Source of the DNA: Anthoceros angustus
Lineage: Eukaryota > Plantae > Anthocerotophyta
Direction: 5' to 3'
DNA: 64,000 nt
Assembly (NCBI GenBank): GCA_010909165.1
Contig: MU008151.1
Location: 372,001-436,000, forward strand
Position numbers and translations under genes: made by a program
Shown here: positions 51,405 through 64,000 of the stretch, one piece after another
Numbering within the stretch: the first letter of the stretch is position 1
Layout: every line of letters begins with the position of its first letter
The notes under the pieces: model-generated
Database searches by the model: none
What the model was told of the DNA's origin: nothing
What the model saw: only the letters and a program-made list of their open reading frames with translations

Positions 51405-53353
51405 ATGGTGAATAAGAAGCGGGAGCGGCATCATGCCGCCGTGGCCACGTCGCCGGGAGACTACATCCATTTCAAGGCCATCGTCCCGCTACGCCACATC
51501 TCGGTGGGCACAGCTCGGCCTGTTTTCGTGGGCTTATTTTTTCCAGCTCAATTTTGGTGCATGCATGAATTTACAAGTGGTCTGCATCATGCAGATTGGG
51601 ACTAAGCAGTGGCGGTACTATGATTTCGGGCCCAAGACTGTCCCCCCGCTGGTTTGCCTGTCCGGCATAGCCGGCACAGCTGACGTGTTTTACAAGCAGA
51701 TTTTGTCTCTTTCTTCCAAGGTGAGTTTTGTAGGTGGTGGTCCTGGGTGGAGTCTGTTGTGGATTTGTGTAGGGAGCTCTGCCAAGATGGGAAAGTGCAT
51801 TCTGACTGCGGATCTGTACTCAGGGTTATCGGCTGATCGCTGCAGATGCACCACCGGTTTGGAGCCACCAGGAGTGGGTTACTTCGTTTGAGAAGTTTCT
51901 GGACGTTCTTGGAGTGCATCATGTAAGTTGGGGGGTTTTGGTGACTTGGGAGTTGGGAAGGTATGTGATGCTGGAGTCATGTGTTGACGGATGTCCTGTT
52001 TTTTTTGCAGGTGCATCTCTATGGTACCTCGCTGGGTGGCCTTTTAGTTCAGCTGTTTACACAGTTTCGTCCTCGACGTGTGAAGTCGCTGCTGCTGTCC
52101 AACACGTTTTTGGATACTCAGACTTATCATGATGCCATGACATGGCACTCGCTGTGAGTAACTGCCTGCTTGGAGCCGGTAGCTCCTTGGCTGTTTGTGT
52201 GAGGTGGTATCACTCATGGTAAGGCTCTTTTATTTTCGCTGCAGCATAAATTGGACTCCTGAATTTCTTCTCAAGCGATATATTCTGACGGAAATCCAAG
52301 ATGGTATTCATGATCTTCTTACTGCGGATGCTATTGACTTCGTGGTCAGCCAGGTTGGTGGAGCACGTTTTGTCTTTTTTGTGTTTCGGGTTTGGTGCTT
52401 GTCGAAGTGAGCGAAGGATGTTAGCGCCCCGTTTTCCTTGGTGGGGAACGTTGCAGTGTGGTTAACGATGAGATGAGCTCCTTAGTTGCATGGGTGCAGC
52501 CTCAAGTTTCTTTTCTGACTTATCTTCATCTTTGAGTTGTGCAGCTTGATAATTTGACCCGGGAAGAACTAGCTTCAAGACTCACTCTGAATTCACAACC
52601 CATTTCGATTGGACAACTTTCACTGCCAGACTCAACCATCACCATAATGGATGTGAGTTAGTTGAGCTTCGTCCCGTCCATGGATGCGGGCATGTTTGGA
52701 GAATGGAAATTGATTAGGGGACAGATGTGCTTGTTTCGTATGTCCAGGCACTGGTGACGGAACACTATGGACGCATGATGGCATTTGAATCTCCAGCTGG
52801 TGTTTGTCGTTCTGCAGACAAATGACTACTGTGCTGTACCTCAGCTGTTGAAAGACCAAGTCCTTGCCCGATATCCTGGAGCCAGACGTGCGCACCTTAA
52901 GAATGGTGGAGATTTTCCTTTTCTGTCAAGACCAGATGAAGTTAATCTCCATGTCAAGGTCTGTACTTTCCGCTGGAGCAATTAGAATAATGGTCCCTCG
53001 GTTGACAGGACGGCATTTGTGGTGACGCGGTTATTCGGTCTTAACAGCTGCACTTGAAGCGTGTTGGAGTTGAAGGCACTGAGTTAATGGAGGCAGAAGA
53101 AGCACTCTCAAGAGATGATCAAATTGGTGATTCAGGAGGAGGTGAAGATTCCCATATGCAGCACGAGGATCAGGCTTCAAGCAGGAATGGAGGTTTGACA
53201 TCAAGAGACCCAGATGACCCTTTAGCCGGCAGCGGAGGAATTTCCCTTGCTCGAGACGTCTCATCATCAGAAGGTGAAATTCAGCACGGTAAGCCTACAT
53301 CGAATCTCCTGGCTAGTGGGAATCCGGACAAGCAGTCCAGATCATTACAGTGA
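51405..53353 (+). CDS. SPG21: Maspardin (SPG21-like alpha/beta-hydrolase fold protein)
   Basis: SPGDYIHFKAIVPL, QWRYYDFGPKTVPPLVCLSGIAGTADVFYKQ, HLYGTSLGG, WTPEFLLKRYIL, LASRLTLN and AHLKNGGDFPFLSRPDEVNLH. The final exon boundary is uncertain. Confidence 0.9.
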
Positions 53354-54104
53354 AGCTTTTGGTGCCTGCTCTCTTCTAGAAAACGACAGGCGAAGTCGCT
53401 CCCACCCAAGTTTTCTGGACGAATACAACGGTTTTGGAGACTTCAGCAATGTGTAGCCGCCGTTGCTTTAGTAGGTGTGGTCTCACATTTCTCTTACTTT
53501 TGTACATCCTCGCAGTTCGTATTGTAGAACTCCAAAGTTGTGTTGAGAACGCCATCATCTTCTGGCCGTCTAGTATGCTGGGTGACCTCAGGTAGAGCGT
53601 TCAATATCAAACTCCCATCCTGCATCTTGAGCTTGGAGTTGGGTGAGTTGGGCAGTTTTGGAGTGGTCCTTTTTCGCTTTGATGGACAACTCAATGTATA
53701 CTTTGTATATCTAAGTTTTTCCACTGCTGTTGCCGAAGTCGGCTTAGTCGGGAGATGGAAGAGAGCTTCAGCAGATGGACGATGTAAAATAAAGAGGAGT
53801 CGTTTTCTTATCGGATATTCGAGGAGCGCGCACTGAGCAAATCCATAAGCAACCTTCCTTTACTGGGTGACGTGATTATATACCTGAGTAGTATGGCCAT
53901 CATAGCATCTAGAATATCACATGTTTGAATGTGCATCCGGGCGATTTCCAGGATGGCTCAAGGAAGTAGAGAGTGGAGCTTCCTGACCTGCGGTCGGGTA
54001 TCTAACCCGAGTTCGGTGAGACGCAAATGTATCTGTATCTGGCCCTGTGGGTCTTCACTACATGCTCTGCAGGTAACGGATTCAAGTCCGTCGATTCGGA
54101 AGCC

Positions 54105-55368
54105 ATGGTGGCCGTCGAGAGAGTGGCAGATGTGCCCACCATCGAAGAGAGGCTGAAGAAGTTCAACTTGGACCCGAGCTTCGTGGTGGAACCGGAGCAT
54201 CGTCCAGAACTGCGACCCAATTCGGAAAAGGAGAAGGACAACATACCGGTAATTGATCTGAGTCCTCTGTGGGGCGCTTTGCAGAAATCCGTCGGAGACG
54301 CAGGATTTTCCGCAGCTGCAGCAAAGGACCCCGCCTTCGGAGACCTGGTTGCGGAGGTGGGGCGGGCCTGCGAGGAGTGGGGCTTCTTTCAGGTTGTGAA
54401 CCACGGTGTCCCGCTTTCCCTGCTGGACGAGCTGCAGGAGGTGGCCCGCCAGTTCTTCAGCCTCCCCCTGGCAGAGAAGCGGCAGGTCCGGCGCACCTTG
54501 GAACGCCCCCTAGGCTACTACGACTCAGAGCTCACCAAGAACAAGCGCGACTGGAAGGAGGTCTTCGACTACTCCTGCAGCAGGAGCGTGGAGATTCCTG
54601 TGGGGCTGGAGGGGGACAGGGTGTCGGAGCAGATCATTGTGGTGGAGAACCAGTGGCCGGCCAATCCCCCCCGCCTGAGAGAGGCTTGCGAGAAATGGAG
54701 CAGGGCTGTGGAGAGCCTGGCTTCTGACCTGGTGGGTGTCATCTCTCTCAGTCTGGGCCTACCCTTCTCGCAATTCCACCGCTTCTTCGACAAGGACACC
54801 AGCGCCATCCGGTTGAACTACTACCCCAAGTGCCCAGTCCCGGACCTGGCGCTGGGCGTGAGCAGGCACAAGGATCCCGGCGCTCTCACTGTGCTGGTGC
54901 AGGACGAGGTTGGCGGGCTCCAGGTCCGGCGCAGCGACGGGGGGTGGATCTCCGTCCAGCCCCGCCGAGACGCCTTTGTCATTAATGTCGGTGACTTGTT
55001 TCAGGTAGACTAACACTCTTCCCCAGCTGCATGAAAGCTTTAGCCTGTATATTAGAAGAGATTTTTTTCTTCATGCTTTGGATGCAACGCTGCAGGTGTG
55101 GAGCAATGATCGTTACCGTTCTGTGGAGCACCGAGTTGTAGTGAATGAGAATCGCGACAGGTTCTCCTTCCCGCTCTTCTTCAACCCGTCCGTGCGAACA
55201 GAGGTGTCCCCGGTGCCGGAGCTGCTCGACGCCGAACACCCGCCAAAGTACCGCACTTTCAATTGGGGTTTCTTCCTCCTTTCCAGAAACAATGGCAATT
55301 ACGAGCAGCTGGGAGAAGACATCCAAATTCATCACTTCGCCGTGGATGCAGCACAGAAGCCTGAGTGA
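54105..55368 (+). CDS. 2-oxoglutarate/Fe(II)-dependent dioxygenase, DOXC class (At3g19000/At3g19010-like)
   Basis: IPVIDLS, ACEEWGFFQVVNHGV, ELTKNKRDWKEVFD, RLNYYPKCP, the HKD motif, then SVEHRV and RFS. Two exons: 54105-55004 and 55096-55368. Confidence 0.95.
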
Positions 55369-55662
55369 TCACTTCCTTCGTGTGCGCGCTGCTTCCCCTT
55401 ATGGATTGAGGGCCTTTGTACTCTAAAGCAGACTCCCCGTGACGAGCCATAATACTTGTATATAAACTCATTTTACACTCTCATGAGACAAAGACGCCCT
55501 GCCACAGCTCACAATCTTTTCTTTTAGAGCAACTGGGGAAGGACAATGGATCCCTGCTTAGAGAGGCGAACTTTCATGTTTCCTGAAAAGAATAATAGCC
55601 TTCTGAAATGATATTACATGCCTACGCAGCGTTCATTGGCACGGGAATGTGATACACTAAGA

Positions 55663-58600
55663 TTACAGGCGAAGAATAGTTCGAAGAGTGTCTGATAAGT
55701 TCTCTATGATCTGTTGCTCTTGAGCCGCTTGTGCGCCCTTGAGAGGCATTTCCTCATAACACCTGTAGGTTCACGTTGAGAATCAGCCAACATGACTCCC
55801 TGTGAAAAACATCAAGTTCTCAAGACAAGTCTGGGAAATCTCACATGTTGTGATAAGCTAATGCTCGTGCGAGATTGGGCAAAGTCGTGCTAGTCGCCAG
55901 ACGTTGGTATACACCTGGAGGCAGTGGTGCCTGCGGATAAGGAGAGAATGTTGAACAGCTGATGCCATCGTGAACTTGAAGCCAACGACTCCAGAACTCT
56001 AGATATAATTTTGACCAACGCAAGCTTACCTCAGTGTTGGTCACCTTCCGACCCTTTCGAAGTTGAGCATCAGCAAAGCTCACGCCGTTACACAGCTCTT
56101 GAATCGCTTCCAAAGCTATACCTCCACTTTGATCGGGTCGGCCATCACCAGAACTATCTGACAGCAGGGCTATTGGAGAGATGTCTGTTGCTTTGAGGAA
56201 TGGAATAGGAACAATATTGCCCGCTGCATACACAGAAATCAACTGCATCCACATAGACTGATTTCAGTGAAAGCCCAATCCGAGGAAAATCAGATAAACA
56301 AGAAAGATTTTCAGATGTGATCTAGAAGCCAGGGCACCTTATCTTGTAGAGAGAATCCTTGTCGAACCAAGGCTGAACTGCCATGTGGGGTGCTGACTGT
56401 AGTGCCAGTCCCCAACGTACTTCCTTTCTCCCCAAGCCTGAATGTATCAAGAAGGGGGGAAGGTAAATCGGAACCAGAGGTAGAGGATGTAGACACTTGA
56501 GCCAATTCTACTCGCAGGCTTCTGCCTGGCTTGGCTGGTGTGACACTCTGACCCAAGAAGTTTTCACCCCTACAAAAAAAAAGGGCATCACCAAGTTAGC
56601 AAAAAACGGCAGGGGTGCAGCTCCAAAGGGAAATACCATCGACTCTCCTTATTCAACATATCATACCTCTCCTCCAGGTTGTTTTGAATGACCACCGTTC
56701 CTGATAATACAGTTGCATCCACTCGCTGCAGAGTACCAGTCTTATGCACAACGGTTGTTCCAAAATCAACATCTGGAAAGGAAACATCAATTCCTTGCAT
56801 CAACAACCTCTGCTCATGTTTGACGCCCTTGGACCAAGAATACAAGACGAAATCCAAAAACTCTTCCTGCCAGAACTTGCCGTCACCTTCTTCTGACTGT
56901 GTTTGACGAGCTGTGGCATCTGGGGCATCTGGTGTGGATGACTTCATCAGAGTATCTGCACCAGGCCTCACAAGTACAGTGCCCCCTAAGGTCTCGTTCA
57001 TCTTCACTGTCTGGCCTTTCTCCCATGACCATTGCTGCAGTCCACAGACGGCTACCAGGCTTAGGAGGAAGCAACACTCAGCATGGAACGCAAACAAAAA
57101 AGCTTTAGGATAACAAGTGGACAGACATGAATTGACAAACCCCTGTCACAAGGTACTCAAAGAACAGCAACTCACCCCACCACCTGATGACACAGTCCCT
57201 TGCTTTTTCTCCAAAGCAGCTTCACGAGCAATCATCTCAGTTCTAATGATCCGTGCCTTATCAATTCTTGGAAGCATTGCCGCAGCATTGACCTTGCATT
57301 TTTCGATGAATTTGTGCTACACAGCATATTTCACAAGTCGGTAAGAATGTGCCTGACAACAAAGCACCAGTGCTGGCGATGTGAGCATCTGGACAGATCC
57401 ACTACCTGCAGCATTTCAGTGGCTGTTGGTCGCAACCGAGGCTCCTTCGAAAGACATTTAGCTACAAAATCATGAAAGACTAGGGACCTAAAACACACAA
57501 GCAATCTCAGTTTAAACATGAAAAGCTGCAAAGCAAATAGCAGATGAACGCAATCGATGACAGCGTACCACTTTTCCTTATCCTCGAGCATTGGGGCAGG
57601 TTCGCTTGAAATCATAAACAGTACCTGAGGTTACACAGGCAGAATTTCAGTCTGTGAGAGTTTGTTTATTTGAAAACACAGCTCCAAATAAGTTCACAAG
57701 CAGCAATCACCAACTTACTCACTCTCATTGGATGAACATTTGACCGTGGAGGAAGCCCCTGAACAATAACCGAACACATAAGCATGTTATGAAGGACACA
57801 TCGTGACATGATGAACCCTATGAGTGCTGTCTTTCGCAAATTGAAAACAAGTTACGATTTTCTCACCTCGGCCATCTCAATTGCTGAAACACCGAGTGCC
57901 CATACATCAACCTAAGACATGATTCCAAAGCAGAAACAACTATTACCCAACATTGCCCAGCTCTATGCTTAATAGCACAGCTCGCAGAATCAGACATACC
58001 TTTCCATCATACCGGCTCTCTTGAATAACCTCAGGTGCCATCCAATGGGGAGTGCCAATAAACTACATGATCCAAGGACAACTGTAAGCTCTGGAACTAG
58101 GGGGTGCCTTACAGTCTCTGTCCTACTACATCAGTTTGGGCATAATCAGTGCAGTCAAGACACAAAGCAAGCAGAAAAATTTGCCAACAGACCCCAGCAG
58201 AGCAGGAAAGAAACCAAGAGTGTTGTGGTACAAACCGTGTTGCGTTTTGACATTGTTCTTGTCAACTGTGCAGCTACACCAAAGTCGCCTGGCAACCACC
58301 AAAGGATTGACAGAGGCACATGATCAATCATCCTACCAAGACGCCATCCATAGCAGATGAACCATCAAACACAGTATGGTAACAACCTATGTTTTTTGCT
58401 GTGTAGAGGCTTGAGAACACATTCGAAAACATGACAAACATGATTGAAGGTGAACGTACCAAGCTTCACCTCTCCCTGTTCTGTGAGCAAGATATTTCCC
58501 CCTTTAATGTCTCTGTGAACCTTGAAAATGGAATGCAGATAGGCTAGACCCTAACAGAACGCAAATTGCTCATGTCAAACGGGTCCCAAGCAGCTGCAAG

Positions 58601-59258
58601 CCTCAACACCTCCATCCAATTTGCGGAAAATCGGGTGCGATCACCTTGAGGGCCTCCCGACAAATGTAGGCAATCTGCTGCTCTTCCAAGGCTTCATCCG
58701 TTATGCTCATGAGATCTGCAACACTGCCCCCTCCACAGTACTCCATGACTATCTGCACGACTAAGCTGTCAGTTGCAAATTAGAATTGCGCTGACCACCA
58801 CACGGTAACCAAAACAAGTGTCATCCAGCTGCCCATACCCATAGATAATCCTCCCCCTGGTAGCTTCCCAGGTACCGGACCACATTCGGATGGTTGCATT
58901 GTTGCAACATCTCAATTTCACCCCGGATCTCCTCATATCCCTCTTCCTGCACATCCACGCACCACAGTCAAAGCCTACTCCTTACCCCCCGTTCTCCAAA
59001 CACAGAACGACCCTCCCAACAACTCACCCCCTCACTCAAGGATATGACTTTGATCGCCACGAGCTCAGACGTCCTCAAATCCCTGGCCTTGTACACAGCT
59101 CCATACGAACCCTTCCCTAGCTCGTTCAGAAGCTCATATTTCAACGACGGATCTTCCCTGGTGACATTGTCGTTAGTAGCCCCGCTCCGCCTCCTTATGT
59201 CTTTCGAATGATCGTTCTCCATCTCATCTACATGCTCCTCTACGCTGGACCTTTGCAT
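55663..59258 (-). CDS. SIK1: STE20/MAP4K serine/threonine kinase SIK1
   Basis: [81 protein letters not shown] and the family-type C-terminus [18 protein letters not shown]...[11 protein letters not shown]. Start at 59258 or 59222. Confidence 0.95.
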
Positions 59259-60308
59259 CAGTCTTTCAGCAGCTCATTCTCATCTCCCCGAAATCGGAAC
59301 ACCAAACCTGCCATACCCGAAACTTTATTTAGGGTTCAGATCCAAAAATGTCTTAGAAATGATCATTCTCCATCTCATCTACATGTTCCTCTCCATCTTC
59401 GCACCAGTCTTTCAGCATCTCATCTCCGAGCATTTCTTTCACCAAGCTGCCGTACCACAATCTTTCCACGTGTAGCCCTAGCTTTGATCACTTCTCATCC
59501 ATCTGTGACAGCTCGGGTACAGCATCCCCCACGATACAGATCCACACGCCACGGTATGCGCCGGGATTGTGCTGTGGGAGACAGAGATGCAGAATATTCT
59601 GCCAGAAGGGGCCCTTCCTTTCCGTTGTGACGGGATTCAAAAACAAAACGGGGTTCGAAATGGAGGGAAGCCCGATTTAGGCCGGATGGCCGCGGCCTAG
59701 GGAGGCGAGCCTTCCACACTTCCCTAGTCCCGGCTCCCGCCCTCTGCGAGCGATCATGGCAGAACAGCCATTGCACGAGGACATGCATCCGGGATTTTTG
59801 CAGTGCTGGAGTCGTTGCCGCGTTTGAACGCGGCCCCCGTTGGCATTCAAACGGGCCCAGAGCCGCCTGTTACGGTGCGGCGCATTTAATGCGCACAGCC
59901 TCACGTTCTCGCCACTCCCTCTCCACAGTATCTCACTACGCTTTCACATTTCACGTTTGCCGCGGACATATTCGGTCAAGATAAAAGAACCAAGATAGTG
60001 GTATGTGAGATATCCTGGTCCCCCGAACCTCCTTCTGCCAGGCGTCCACGAGGTAATATTTTATAAATAATACTTATTAAGTTTTTTTATGATTGTTATC
60101 GTACTGGTTTATCATGTACATATTGGATACGAGGGGTCCTTTTTTATAGTATGTGGGTTCTTGATGAGATAAATTTTAGATAAATATATTGAAGCATATT
60201 TTCTCTCTCCATGACAGATTATCTATGGAAGCATCATTTCTCTTTCTATGGAAGATCAAGTTACGTAGACATGTAGTTGAGAGCGAGTTGAGACCAGTGT
60301 AATCAAGT

Positions 60309-60510
60309 GAATTCAGAATTTAAATTTGTACAATTTGATTGGTTATTGTGCTAATTTTGTCTCTTGTTTAATCACTTATGCGATTGTAAATACTATCCTA
60401 CACTTTTTTGAATTCAGAATTTAAATTTGTACAATTTGATTGGTTATTGTGCTAATTTTGTCTCTTGTTTAATCACTTATGCGATTGTAAATACTATCCT
60501 ACACTTTTTT
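60309..60510. repeat. 101-bp tandem duplication
   Basis: gaattcagaatttaaatttgtac...ctacactttttt starts at 60309 and at 60410. Confidence 0.95.
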
Positions 60511-60977
60511 GTTTGCGAATCACATATGTTGTATTGGTAGGATATTCTCTTTGTTCGTGAGCTGGATATGTTGCTTAATATTGTCTATACATTATTAACA
60601 ATTGTGTTTGATAACTCACATTTTGATTTATACTATAAGCATCAAATCACATATTTTATTCGTTTGTACGGAAAAGGTTTAGAGTATATCTTTATGACAT
60701 AACCGTAAATTATATGAATATGCTTTAAACCTTTTAAAAAGGTCTATGAGGATTCTCTCGGAAAGAGTGTGGATAAAACTGAAAGCCATATTTGATTCTA
60801 ATTTTGAAATATGACTTTTGGAAGTCAAATGAACATCAGGTTCCTGATATTTAATATTTTAGATTTCCTTTCCGTCTAAAAGTATGAGAGCCATGTTATG
60901 GACGAATGCATTGTTCCTTTTATTGTTGTGTTTCAACCTGAGATTTAACATATTGGTTTTCCTTTCCCTCTAAAAGT

Positions 60978-61433
60978 ATGGAAGTCATGTTTTGGACGAA
61001 TGCATGGTTCCTTCTATTGTTGTGTTTCAACCTTTGCGATGCTGAATATCGGCTAAAGGAAGGTGACACCTTACAAGCTGGAAATTCACTTTCCTCAATC
61101 TCAATTGGCACTTACCTCACATTAAATGAAGAAGATTGTAATCTTTATTTGTATGTGGATAATGTGATAACATGGTCATCGAATAGCAATGTCAACTACC
61201 CAAGCGCAGATTGTCAATTAACATTATATCCCGATGGAGATTTAGTGATCAATAGTGCCAGCAACAAGCTCCAGGTTTGGTGGCACTCTAAAAGTCAATA
61301 TGGCGGAATATCACACAGTTTTTATGTTCTTTTTGTCTCTGCACGCGAGATGGTGGCAAAAATTGTAAGACTAGAAGACGAAACGAAAAAATTGCTCCAA
61401 GTTATATGGACTACTTCATTAGATCTCTCTTAA
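60978..61433 (+). CDS. Secreted bulb-type (B-lectin/GNA-fold) lectin-like protein, intronless
   Basis: Hydrophobic signal peptide, then LKEGDTLQAGNSL, LTLNEEDCNLYLY..ITWSSN, CQLTLYPDGDLVI...VWWHS and VIWTT, matching the B-lectin repeat pattern. Confidence 0.8.
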   Translation: MEVMFWTNAWFLLLLCFNLCDAEYRLKEGDTLQAGNSLSSISIGTYLTLNEEDCNLYLYVDNVITWSSNSNVNYPSADCQLTLYPDGDLVINSASNKLQVWWHSKSQYGGISHSFYVLFVSAREMVAKIVRLEDETKKLLQVIWTTSLDLS

Positions 61434-62451
61434 GAAAAGACTCAAAAGTTGAGCTTGAGACAATGTATGTACATATATACTGTGGTTGGTGTGCAACCCC
61501 ACTAGGATATAGTAAGATATGGAACTCAATAAACATATGCTAGTTCTAAAGTGTAGTACATATGAGATGTATTTATAAGTTTATTGTAATTTTTAAGATC
61601 ACTCTCAAAATGAGTTGACTAGAGTTTGTTGAAAATTATCTATGTCTTTTTGGAAGCATCATATTGCATTGGTTTGGCGTACTAGACATAGTCCACCTTG
61701 TGCCATTCAAGATGTAGTCCTACTTGATATGTGAGCTTCTATGGGAAGTGTCTTTGCTAGACTTGCTTGACCTCTTTGGGGAATTTTATTTTGGTATTGG
61801 GTTCATAGCTGAACCCAAAGACCTGTCAAGGAAAGACTCCCATTTCATGTGATGAGTTGAATTGGGAAAATATGAAATGATAAAATAAAAAGAAGATACA
61901 CCTCACTAGAGCTCCCCTTGTGGCCAACGTTTGTTGGCTTGGAATGAATCACCTTTGGCCACCGCTTGTTGCCTTTGGATGAAGAGCTTTCCGGTATCAA
62001 AGTGTGGAGAAGTTTTACAAAGTCCTCAAGGAAAAGATGAAGAGTGAAAAGGGGACAATAAAGGAGGCAAGTATGAAAAGCAATGTGCTATCCACATGGA
62101 AAAGTGCGAAGAAGCAAAAGCATGGTAGTGTAGGGACTCAGATAGCAGACCATGATTGAAGGCAGAAGCTTGTGGCATAGCATTAAAGGGGGGAGAAAGC
62201 TGTTACGAAGCAGAGGTGGAGAGAGGAAGTACTTGCAGCTGGGCGATTGGGAATCGTGGCTCCTATGACTTGCAGGTGGGTTACCTAACCGGCGAGCGCA
62301 GAATAATGGGGAAAAAGCAGGGGTAATAGAAAAATGGTAGAAATCCCTAAAACCTGAATCTGCACGTGAAGCGTGGAACAGTGGAGTTACAACGGCAAAT
62401 TGATTGAAATCCAAGTGCCGAGCTGAGTACGCTGGAATCGCATTTGCCAAC

Positions 62452-64000
62452 ATGCCGGGTGCCGTCGACAAGGACGTGAAGCAGAGCAGAGAGGCAGCAG
62501 CAGTTGCTTTACAGCTTTTCCGGAGCATCGGCTTGGACGAGCGCACTGCCCACACCGCCATTGCCAATTCCAAGCTCTCGGCCCAGCTCCGGCAGGTGAT
62601 TAGCGAGGTGGGTGTGCTCCGCTCCGCCCCGCATTGCTCCGCTGCTGCTGCCAAGCTTCCTGGCCCCGGCAATGCGCCACCCGAGGCCGCCCCCCATGGT
62701 GCCTGATGCGTGACACGTGTTGGGCGCTTCGGTGCAGGCAGGAGTGGGAGATGGGTGCGACGGGGCTGTGGGAAATCTGCTGTTTGCGGTACGGCTGACG
62801 CCATTCCGGGTGCTGTGAAGGAGGAGGTTGTGAGGTGGAGTGGAGTGGAGTGGAGTGGAGTGGCTGAGCTGAGCTGAGCTTGGGGCCCGGGTGTGGCAGG
62901 TGGCGACCCAGTATCCTGTGAACGCGCTGCGGCACCGAGGGGCGTTGCTGGAGTATGTCACAAGCTATAAGGTGTGGTGGGTGCTTCGCGAACCCTTGCG
63001 GGTGGGAGAAGAGGGAATTTGGGTTGGAATTCCGGGGCCTGATGCGTTGTGGGTGCAGATAAGGAGCGTCTCGCAGCTGGAAGGCGCTTTTGGGTACTTG
63101 GCGTCTGTGGGGTCGGGGGCGTTGGATTATAGGGAGCTGGAGAAGAGGAGCGGTTTAGGTGAGTGAAGGGAGGTGTTGGGTTGTGCAGCGCGCGTGGTGG
63201 GTCGTGTTGGGTTGGTTGTAACGGGTGTGGGTGGGGAATGTGAATTCAGGCGTGGACGGGTCTGCTGACCGCATCAGGTTGGCTGTGGAGGAGGTGGTGA
63301 GAGTGAACAAGAAGCAGCTTCTGGTTGAGCCTTATCGGATAGATGGTGGGTCTTTGCTCAGCTCAGTCTGTGACGTTCAGTGATTTGCTTCCTTGTGAGT
63401 GAAGGATTGAGGAGGATTTGTATGCTGGATGGTAGTGGGTTAGTACACTTGCATTGAATGCGGTGTCTCTTGGCCCTGTTTCAGTGGGTGCCTTGCTTGG
63501 TCAAGCTCGGGAGCAAGTGCCATGGGCTGATGTGAAGCATTTGAAGGTACCACCATGGGGTCCAGGAATGTCGGGATCACACATTCTGCTCGGATGTGTG
63601 GATGTTGGTTTTTGGGTCTTGTGCTGCCCCCATTCATGTCTCCTGGTTTCGTTCTCCAGGCAGAGATGGATTTTCAGCTCAAAAGAGTGCTCGGGGAAAG
63701 CACTGCTCTGGACGAGGAGGAGAGGTCATTCACCAAGAAGAAGGAAAAACTAAAAGTTGAGGTGCGTTGTGGCTGCGAGAGTCTGGATGGAAGAGCTTCT
63801 TCATATTGAGCTGGCTCTTCTTGTGTTGATGCGCTTGTAAGACAACTTCGTAAGGTTCGTTCCGTGCCTTGCTGTCGTGCAGGAGCCGACCAAAGCTGCA
63901 CAAGCTGTCTCAGCTCCTGAGCCAGAAGAGACTAACCGGTATGCTGGATATCTCTGAGAATCTGCAGTGAAGCTTGTGATTTTTCAGTCTGTCAGGTTCA
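62452..64000 (+). CDS. OVA9: Glutaminyl-tRNA synthetase, eukaryotic N-terminal (R1/R2) region; continues beyond the window
   Basis: LQLFRSIGLDERTAHTAIANSKL, VGNLLF.VATQYPVNALRHRGALLEYV, IRSVSQLEGAFGYL, VPWADVK and FTKKKEK. Confidence 0.9.

Overview
Gene-dense land-plant nuclear DNA with short introns; the compact layout suggests a lycophyte such as Selaginella (inference, not shown). Host genes, left to right: VPS8 (3' part), an MBD8-like methyl-CpG-binding/C2H2 protein, a subfamily-III bHLH, an FBW2/SKIP-type F-box protein, an RNase III-like (RTL) gene, an uncharacterised type-I membrane protein, EIN2, maspardin, a 2OG-Fe(II) dioxygenase, the STE20 kinase SIK1, a bulb-type lectin and glutaminyl-tRNA synthetase (5' part). 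The accessory zone (about 27.2-43 kb) holds the main finding. A 5.5-kb element (27990-33507) with 26-bp imperfect terminal inverted repeats and a 4-bp CTCT target-site duplication splits a Copia gag gene. It carries a frameshifted ParB/sulfiredoxin-like plus beta-class N4-cytosine/N6-adenine DNA methyltransferase ORF, convergent with a possible CACTA (Tnp2)-like transposase remnant. It is followed by decayed gene fragments (SDR, PAS1/FKBP72, pseudouridine synthase, zinc knuckle), a foldback element and an apparently intact, AT-rich RNase III-dsRBD gene. The bHLH coding sequence is flanked on both sides by apparently perfect 1.5-kb tandem duplications whose inner breakpoints sit at the CDS ends. 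Several duplications and frameshifts could be assembly artefacts and need read-level checks. All family calls come from motif recognition by eye; no database searches were run.
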